A stretch of DNA of 64,000 bases from the human T2T-CHM13v2.0 reference genome, Homo sapiens, in contig CP086569.2 of NCBI GenBank assembly GCA_009914755.4, positions 54,112,001 through 54,176,000 on the forward strand, in the 5' to 3' direction. Positions within the stretch are counted from its first letter, which is position 1; every line of letters begins with the position of its first letter. Shown here in pieces: positions 55,774 through 64,000 of this stretch. A model generated the notes under the pieces. The model saw only the letters and a list, made by a program, of their open reading frames with translations, made no database searches and was not told the origin of the DNA. Both the position numbers and the translations under genes were made by a program.

Positions 55774-58700
55774 GGCCTGGAATAAAGTGGAATGCTACGG
55801 TCTCGAATGGAATAAAAATGTATGGAATGGAATGCAATGAAACGGAATCGAATGTCATAGAATGTAATGGAATGCAAAAAAATGGAATCCAAAATCATTG
55901 ACTGGAAAGGCTGGGTGTCGAAAGGAATTGACTCCAATGGAATGGAATCGAATGGAGTGGAAGTGAATAGAATCGAACTAAATCGAATGGAATGGAATTG
56001 ATAGGAACGGAATGGAAAGGAATGCAATGATTTGGCACGGAATGGAATCGAATGGCATCGAATGGAATGGAATGGAATGCAATGGAATGGAACGTATTAG
56101 AATGTAATGAACTTTAATGGAATGTACTCGAATGGATTCGACTGGAATGGAATGTTCTGGAAGTGAATGGACTCCAATGGAATGGATTCAAAAGGAATGG
56201 AATCGTACGGAATGGAATCTAATGGAATGGAATTAAATGGAAATGAATCAAATTGAATAGCAGGGAATTGAATTGAATGGAATCGAATGCAATGGAATCT
56301 AATGAAACGGAAAGGAAAGGAATGGAATGGAATGGAATGGGCTGGAATGGAAAGGAATCAAAACGAATGGAATGGAATCGAACTGAAGAGACTGGAATGG
56401 AATGCACTGGAATGGAAGGGAGTGTAATGGAAGGTTCTCGAAAAAAATGGAATCGAATGGAATGGAATTGAATGGAACGGAATAGAGTCGAATGGAATTG
56501 AATGGAATGGAATGGACTAGAGTGAAATGGAATCGAACCACAAGGAATGGACAGGAATAGAATGGTCTCGAATTGAATGGAATCGTATGGAATGGCATCA
56601 AACGGAATGGAATGGACAGCCACGGAATGGAATGCACTCGAATGCAATGGAGTCGAAACTAATGGACTGGAATAGAATGGACTCGACTGGTACGGACTCC
56701 AATGGAATGGAATCAAATGGAAGGGAATCGAACGGAATGGACTCGAAGGGAAAAGACTGCAATGGAAAGGTCTCGAATGGAATGGAAATAAATGGAATGG
56801 AATGGAATCGAATGAAATGGAGTCAAAAGGAATGGAATCGAATGGCAAGAAATCGAATGTAATGGAATCGCAAGGAATTGATGTGAACGGAACGGAATGG
56901 AATGGAATCCAAAGGAATGGAATAGAATGGAATGGAATCGAATGGAAAGGACTCGAATGGAAATCACTCGAATAGAATGCAATTTAATAAAATAGGACCA
57001 AATGTAATGGAATGGAATGGAAAGGAATCGAAACGGAAGGAATGGAGACAGATGGAATGGAATGGAACAGAGAGCAATGGTATAGAATGGAATGGAATCA
57101 TCTGGAATGGAATGGAATGGAATGGAATGAAATGCCCTTGAATTAAATGGACTGAAATGGAATGGACTCGAACAGAGTGGAATGGAAAGTGTTGAGATAG
57201 AATGGAATGGACTCTTTTGGAATGGTCTAGTATGCAATGCAATCGACTGGCAGGGAATCAAAAGGAATGTAATCGAATGGATTGGACTGGAATGCAATGG
57301 ACTCGAATAGATTGCAAACGGAATGCAAAGGAATGGAATGGAATAGTATGGAATGGAATGGAAAGGAATGGAGTGGAATAGACTAGAGTGGAATGCAATG
57401 GACTGGAAAGCAATGGACTGGAATGGAACTTTCTTGAATGGACTGGAATCAAACGGAATGGAATGCAATGCAATCAAATGGCATGGAATAAAATAGAATG
57501 AAAGAGAATCAAATGGAATTGAATCGAATGGAATCGAATGGATTGGAAAGGAATAGAATGGAATGGAATGGAATTGACTCAAATGGAATGGACTAGAATG
57601 GAATGGATTCGAATGGAAGGCAAAGGAATGGAATCTATTGGAATGGACTGTAATGGAATGGAATGGAAGGGATTGGAATGGACTCGAATGGAATGGACTG
57701 CAATAGAAAGGATTCGAATGGAATGAAAAAGAATTGAATGGAATAGAACAGAATGGAATCAAATCGAATGAAATGGAATGGAATAGAAAGGAATGGAATG
57801 AAATGGAATGGAAAGGATTCGAATGGAATGTAATCGAATGGAATGGAATCGAACGGAATGGAATAAAATGGAAGAAAACTGGCAAGAAATGGAATCGAAA
57901 TGAATGGAGTGTTATGGAACGGACTCAAAAGGAATTGAATGTAATAGAATGGAGTGGAGTGGACTCGAATATAATGGACTGGAATGGAATGAAATCACAT
58001 GGAATGGGAACGAATGGAATGGAATGGAAAGGAATGGAATCGAATGGAAAGGAATCGAATGGAAGGGAATGAAATTGAATCAACAGGAATGGAAGGGAAT
58101 AGAATAGACGGTAATGGAATGGACTCGAATAGAATGGACACGAATGCTCAAATTGAATGGACTCGAATGGAATGGAAACGAAAGGAATGTCATCGAATGG
58201 AATTGAATCGATTGGAATGAAATCGCATAGAATGGAGTGGAATCAAATGGAATTGAATCGAAAGGAAAGGAAGCGAATGGACTGAAATGAAATGGAATGG
58301 AATTGAATGGAAAGTAATGCAATGGAATAGAATGGAACGAAATTTCACGGAATGGAATCAAACTGAATGGAATCAAATCAATGGAATCAAATCAAATGGA
58401 ATGGAAAGGAATTGAATGGAGTAGATTGGATTGGATGGGATTGGAATGAAATGTACTGGAAAGGACTCGAATTTCATGAAACGGAATGGAATGAATTGGA
58501 ACGGAATGGACTCGAATGGAATGGAATGTCATGGAATGGCATCAAATGGAATGGCATCAAATGGAATGGAATCGAATGCAATGGAATGCTATGGAATGGA
58601 ATGGAATGCATTGGAATGGAATGTCCTCTAATGGAATGGATTCGAGTGGAATGGAATCGAATATAATGGAGTCGAATGAAATGGAATTGAAAGGAATGGG

Positions 58701-59307
58701 ATCGAATACAATGGAATATACTGGAATGTAATGTAATGAACTCGAATGTAATTGACTGGAATGGAATGTACATGAATGGAATGTAATCGAATGGAAAGTA
58801 ATCCAATGGAATAGAATCTAATGCAATAAAATCGACTCAGATAGAGTAGAATGTAATGGAATGGAGTGCAGTGCAATGGAATGGAATGGAATGGAATGCA
58901 ATTGAATGGAATGGAATGGAATGGAATGGAATGGAATGGAATGGGATGGAATGGTATGGAATGGATAGTAATGGACTGGAGTGAAATGGACTGGAAAGGA
59001 ATGGACTCAAATTGAAAGGGCTCGAAAGGAATGGAGTCAAATGGAATGGTCTGGAATGGAATGAACACGAATGTAATGCAATCCAATAGAATGGAATCGA
59101 ATGGCATGGAATATAAAGAAATGGAATCGAAGAGAATGGAAACAAATGGAATGGAATTGAGTGGAATGGAATTGAATGGAATGGGAACGAATGGAATGAA
59201 ATTGTATGCAGTAGAAGGGAATAGAATGGAATGCAAGCGAAAGGAAAGGAATGGATTGGAATGGAATGGAATTCATTGGAATGGAAGGGAATGTAGTGTA
59301 ATGGACA
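55774..59307 (+). repeat. HOR unit U16, 3534 bp (subfamily B)
   Basis: GGCC at 55774 and 59308. Carries ggaaataaatgg (56791), ggaccaaatg (56995) and a ~30-bp deletion at about 57105. Confidence 0.85.
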
Positions 59308-62300
59308 GGCCTGGAATAAAGTGGAATGCTACGGTCTCGAATGGAATAAAAATGTATGGAATGGAATGCAATGAAACGGAATCGAATGTCATAGAATGTA
59401 ATGGAATGCAAAAAAATGGAATCCAAAATCATTGACTGGAAAGGCTGGGTGTCGAAAGGAATTGACTCCAATGGAATGGAATCGAATGGAATGGAAGTGA
59501 ATAGAATCGAACTAAATCGAATGGAATGGAATTGATAGGAACGGAATGGAAAGGAATGCAATGATTTGGCATGGAATGGAATCGAATGGCATCGAATGGA
59601 ATGGAATGGAATGCAATGGAATGGAATGTATTAGAATGTAATGAACTTTAATGGAATGTACTCGAATGGATTCGACTGGAATGGAATGTTCTGGAAGTGA
59701 ATGGACTCCAATGGAATGGATTCCAAAGGAATGGAATCGTACGGAATGGAATCTAATGGAATGGAATTAAATGGAAATGAATCAAATTGAATAGCACGGA
59801 ATTGAATTGAATGGAATGGAATGCAATGGAATCTAATGAAACGGAAAGGAAACGAATGGAATGGAATGGAATGGACGGGAATGGAGAGGAATCGAAACGA
59901 ATGGAATGGAATCGAACTGAAGAGACTGGAATGGAATGCACTGGAATGGAAGGGAGTGTAATGGAAGGTTCTCGAAAAAAATGGAATCGAATGGAATGGA
60001 ATTGAATGGAACGGAATAGAGTCGAATGGAATTGAATGGAATGGAATGGACTAGAGTGAAATGGAATCGAACCACAAGGAATGGACAGGAATAGAATGGT
60101 CTCGAATTGAATGGAATCGTATGGAATGGCATCAAACGGAATGGAATGGACAGCCACGGAATGGAATGCACTCGAATGCAATGGAGTCGAAACTAATGGA
60201 CTGGAATAGAATGGACTCGACTGGTACGGACTCCAATGGAATGGAATCGAATGGAAGGGAATCGAACGGAATGGACTCGAAGGGAAAAGACTGCAATGGA
60301 AAGGTCTCGAATGGAATGGAAATTAATGGAATGGAATGGAATCGAATGAAATGGAGTCAAAAGGAATGGAATCGAATGGCAAGAAATCGAATGTAATGGA
60401 ATCGCAAGGAATTGATGTGAACGGAACGGAATGGAATGGAATCCAAAGGAATGGAATAGAATGGAATGGAATCGAATGGAAAGGACTCGAATGGAAATCA
60501 CTCGAATAGAATGCAATTTAATAAAATAGGATCAAATGTAATGGAATGGAATGGAAAGGAATCGAAACGAAAGGAATGGAGACAGATGGAATGGAATGGA
60601 ACAGAGAGCAATGGTATAGAATGGAATGGAATCATCTGGAATGGAATTGAATGGAATGGAATAATATGAAATGGAATGGAATGGAATGGAATGGAATGCC
60701 CTTGAATTAAATGGACTGGAATGGAATGGACTCGAACAGAGTGGAATGGAAAGTGTTGAGATAGAATGGAATGGACTCCTTTGGAATGGTGTAGTATGCA
60801 ATGCAATCGACTGGCAGGGAATCAAAAGGAATGTAATGGAATGGACTGGACTGGAATGCAATGGACTCGAATAGATTGGAAACGGAATGCAAAGGAATGG
60901 AATGGAATAGTATGGAATGGAATGGAAAGGAATGGAGTGGAATAGACTAGAGTGGAATGGAATGGACTGGAAAGCAATGGACTGGAATGGAACTTTCTTG
61001 AATGGACTGGAATCAAACGGAATGGAATGCAATGCAATCAAATGGCATGGAATAAAATAGAATGAAAGAGAATCAAATGGAATTGAATCGAATGGAATCG
61101 AATGGATTGGAAAGGAATAGAATGGAATGGAATGGAATTGACTCAAATGGAATGGACTAGAATGGAATGGATTCGAATGGAAGGCAAAGGAATGGAATCT
61201 ATTGGAATGGACTGTAATGGAATGGAATGGAAGGGATTGGAATGGACTCGAATGGAATGGACTGCAATAGAAAGGATTCGAATGGAATGAAAAAGAATTG
61301 AATGGAATAGAACAGAATGGAATCAAATCGAATGAAATGGAATGGAATAGAAAGGAATGGAATGAAATGGAATGGAAAGGACTCGAATGGAATGCTATCG
61401 AATGGAATGGAATCGAAAGGAATGGAATAAAATGGAAGAAAACTGGCAAGAAATGGAATCGAAATGAATGGAGTGTTATGGAACGGACTCAAAAGGAATT
61501 GAATGTAATAGAATGGAGTGGAGTGGACTCGAATATAATGGACTGGAATGGAATGAAATCACATGGAATGGGAACGAATGGAATGGAATGGAAAGGAATG
61601 GAATCGAATGGAAAGGAATCGAATGGAAGGGAATGAAATTGAATCAACAGGAATGGAAGGGAATAGAATAGACGGTAATGGAATGGACTCGAATAGAATG
61701 GACACGAATGCTCAAATTGAATGGACTCGAATGGAATGGAAACGAAAGGAATGTCATCGAATGGAATTGAATCGATTGTAATGAAATCGCATAGAATGGA
61801 GTGGAATCAAATGGAATTGAATCGAAAGGAAAGGAAGCAAATGGACTGAAATGAAATGGAATGGAATTGAATGGAAAGTTATGTAATGGAATAGAATGGA
61901 ACGAAATTTCACGGAATGGAATCAAACTGAATGGAATCAAATCAATGGAATCAAATCAAATGGAATGGAAAGGAATTGAATGGAGTAGATTGGATTGGAT
62001 GGGATTGGAATGAAATGTACTGGAAAGGACTCGAATTTCATGAAACAGAATGGAATGAATTGGAACGGAACGGACTCGAATGGAATGGAATGTCATGGAA
62101 TGACATCAAATGGAATGGCATCAAATGGAATGGAATCGAATGCAATGGAAGGCTATGGAATGGAATGGAATGCATTGGAATGGAATGTCCTCTAATGGAA
62201 TGGATTCGACTGGAATGGAATCGAATATAATGGAGTCGAATGAAATGGAATTGAAAGGAATGGGATCGAATACAATGCAATATACTGGAATGTAATGTAA

Positions 62301-62856
62301 TGAACTCGAATGTAATTGACTGGAATGGAATGTACATGAATGGAATGTAATCGAATGGAAAGTAATCCAATGGAATAGAATCTAATGCAATAAAATCGAC
62401 TCAGATAGAGTAGAATGTAATGGAATGGAGTGCAGTGCAATGGAATGGAATGGAATGGAATGCAATGGAATGGAATGGAATGGAATGGAATGGAATGGAA
62501 TGGTGTGGAATGGATAGTAATGGACTGGAGTGAAATGGACTGGAAAGGAATGGACTCAAATTGAAAGGGCTCGAAAGGAATGGAGTCAAATGGAATGGTC
62601 TGGAATGGAATGAACACGAATGTAATGCAATCCAATAGAATGGAATCGAATGGCATGGAATATAAAGAAATGGAATCGAAGAGAATGGAAACAAATGGAA
62701 TGGAATTGAGTGGAATGGAATTGAATGGAATGGGAACGAATGGAGTGAAATTGTATGCAGTAGAAGAGAATAGAATGGAATGCAAGCGAAAGGAAAGGAA
62801 TGGATTGGAATGGAATGGAATTCATTGGAATGGAAGGGAATGTAGTGTAATGGACA
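59308..62856 (+). repeat. HOR unit U17, 3549 bp
   Basis: GGCC at 59308 and 62857. Confidence 0.85.
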
Positions 62857-64000
62857 GGCCTGGAATAAAGTGGAATGCTACGGTCTCGAATGGAATAAAA
62901 ATGTATGGAATGGAATGCAATGAAACGGAATCGAATGTCATAGAATGTAATGGAATGCAAAAAAATGGAATCCAAAATCATTGACTGGAAAGGCTGGGTG
63001 TCGAAAGGAATTGACTCCAATGGAATGGAATCGAATGGAATGGAAGTGAATAGAATCGAACTAAATCGAATGGAATGGAATTGATAGGAACGGAATGGAA
63101 AGGAATGCAATGATTTGGCATGGAATGGAATCGAATGGCATCGAATGGAATGGAATGGAATGCAATGGAATGGAATGTATTAGAATGTAATGAACTTTAA
63201 TGGAATGTACTTGAATAGATTCGACTGGAATGGAATGTTCTGGAAGTGAATGGACTCCAATGGAATGGATTCCAAAGGAATGGAATCGTACGGAATGGAA
63301 TCTAATGGAATGGAATTAAATGGAAATGAATCAAATTGAATAGCACGGAATTGAATTGAATGGAATGGAATGCAATGGAATCTAATGAAACGGAAAGGAA
63401 AGGAATGGAATGGAATCGAATGGAAAGGACTCGAATGGAAATCACTCGAATAGAATGCAATTTAATAAAATAGGATCAAATGTAATGGAATGGAATGGAA
63501 AGGAATCGAAACGAAAGGAATGGAGACAGATGGAATGGAATTGAACAGAGAGCAATGGTATAGAATGGAATGGAATCCTCTGGAATGGAATTGAATGGAA
63601 TGGAATAATATGAAATGGAATGGAATGGAATGGAATGGAATGCCCTTGAATTAAATGGACTGGAATGGAATGGACTCGAACAGAGTGGAATGGAAAGTGT
63701 TGAGATAGAATGGAATGGACTCCTTTGGAATGGTGTAGTATGCAATGCAATCGACTGGCAGGGAATCAAAAGGAATGTAATGGAATGGATTGGACTGGAA
63801 TGCAATGGACTCGAATAGATTGGAAACGGAATGCAAAGGAATGGAATGGAATAGTATGGAATGGAATGGAAAGGAATGGAGTGGAATAGACTAGAGTGGA
63901 ATGGAATGGACTGGAAAGCAATGGACTGGAATGGAACTTTCTTGAATGGACTGGAATCAAACGGAATGGAATGCAATGCAATCAAATGGCATGGAATAAA
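62857..64000 (+). repeat. HOR unit U18 (partial, cut by window end), carrying an internal ~595-bp deletion
   Basis: GGCC at 62857. The landmark atggaaaggactcgaatggaaatcactcg lies 563 bp after the HaeIII site here (63420), versus 1158 bp in U17 (60466). Confidence 0.8.
63400..63425. other. Deletion junction of a ~595-bp intra-unit deletion
   Basis: cggaaaggaaaggaatggaatggaat|cgaatggaaaggactcg. The left flank corresponds to about +530 and the right flank to about +1150 of the canonical unit. Both breakpoints lie in GGAAT/CGAAT tracts. Confidence 0.75.

Larger units (their letters stand above)
1..64000 (+). repeat. DYZ1: Tandem satellite array: about 18 copies of a ~3.55-kb higher-order repeat built from (GGAAT)n pentamers (HSat3/HSat2 family). 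Candidate human Y-chromosome DYZ1 block (Yq12).
   Basis: GGAAT and its single-base variants tile the entire plus strand, which is very purine-rich and C-poor. Identical ORF-track translations recur with a 3504-3569 bp period, for example at 175, 3724, 7287, 10831 and 14365. There is one GGCC (HaeIII) site per unit. No non-satellite segment was seen. The family assignment (GGAAT satellite) is near certain. The DYZ1/Yq12 assignment rests on unit length plus the single HaeIII site and is moderate, about 0.6. Confidence 0.9.

Noticed and set aside
1-64000. Hundreds of 60-418 aa ORFs on both strands (for example 42414..43670 418 aa, 45978..47234 418 aa, 35381..36607 408 aa, 56713..57885 390 aa, 53406..54389 327 aa, many 305 aa)
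   Set aside because: All translations are low-complexity pentapeptide-like repeats. The plus strand gives MEWNG/MESNG-type peptides and the minus strand gives IPFHS/IPFDS-type peptides. This is exactly what GGAAT/ATTCC repeats produce when read in stop-free frames, since 15 nt is 5 codons. ORFs overlap each other on both strands and recur every ~3.55 kb. Their length differences are explained by point changes that create or remove stops. There are no start-context, domain-like or compositional signs of real genes.
1-64000. Regularly spaced repeats that could superficially suggest a CRISPR array or other prokaryotic repeat system
   Set aside because: There are no 25-40-bp direct repeats separated by unique spacers. 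Periodicities are 5 bp and about 3.55 kb with near-identical units. The composition and structure are those of a eukaryotic satellite.

Overview
The whole 64-kb window is one uninterrupted human-type pericentromeric satellite array built from the pentamer GGAAT (ATTCC on the minus strand) and its CGAAT, GCAAT, GGAGT and similar variants. This is the HSat3/HSat2 '(GGAAT)n' family. The pentamers are organised into a higher-order repeat (HOR) of about 3.55 kb, present in 17 complete and 2 partial tandem head-to-tail copies.

Each unit carries exactly one HaeIII site (GGCC inside AGGCCT). Site-to-site spacing ranges from 3504 to 3569 bp, with a mode of 3564 bp (5 of 17 units). A ~3.56-kb HaeIII repeat made of TTCCA/GGAAT pentamers is the textbook description of DYZ1 on human Yq12. 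I therefore call the window a candidate DYZ1 block (HSat3) with moderate confidence. No DYZ2, Alu or L1 sequence is visible.

I find no credible protein-coding gene, RNA gene, CRISPR array or mobile element. The ORF track is an artefact of the 5-bp periodicity. GGAAT read in frame has no stop codons, so 5 pentamers = 15 nt = 5 codons, giving (GMEWN)n-like peptides on the plus strand and (IPFHS)n-like peptides on the minus strand. This creates hundreds of overlapping ORFs on both strands that repeat every ~3.55 kb. Accordingly, I see no evidence for a novel gene system here.

The interesting biology is array architecture and dynamics:
- Unit-length variation is quantised in 5-bp steps (gain or loss of whole pentamers).
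- One unit has lost its HaeIII site.
- The last unit carries a ~595-bp internal deletion.
- Two pairs of adjacent units are near-identical, indicating recent duplication or homogenisation.
- A distinct 'B' unit subfamily is present, and variant combinations recur at a ~17.7-kb (5-unit) offset.
- Each unit contains a hypervariable pure (GGAAT)n microsatellite.

All coordinates were derived by eye from the printed sequence. No alignment or search was run.
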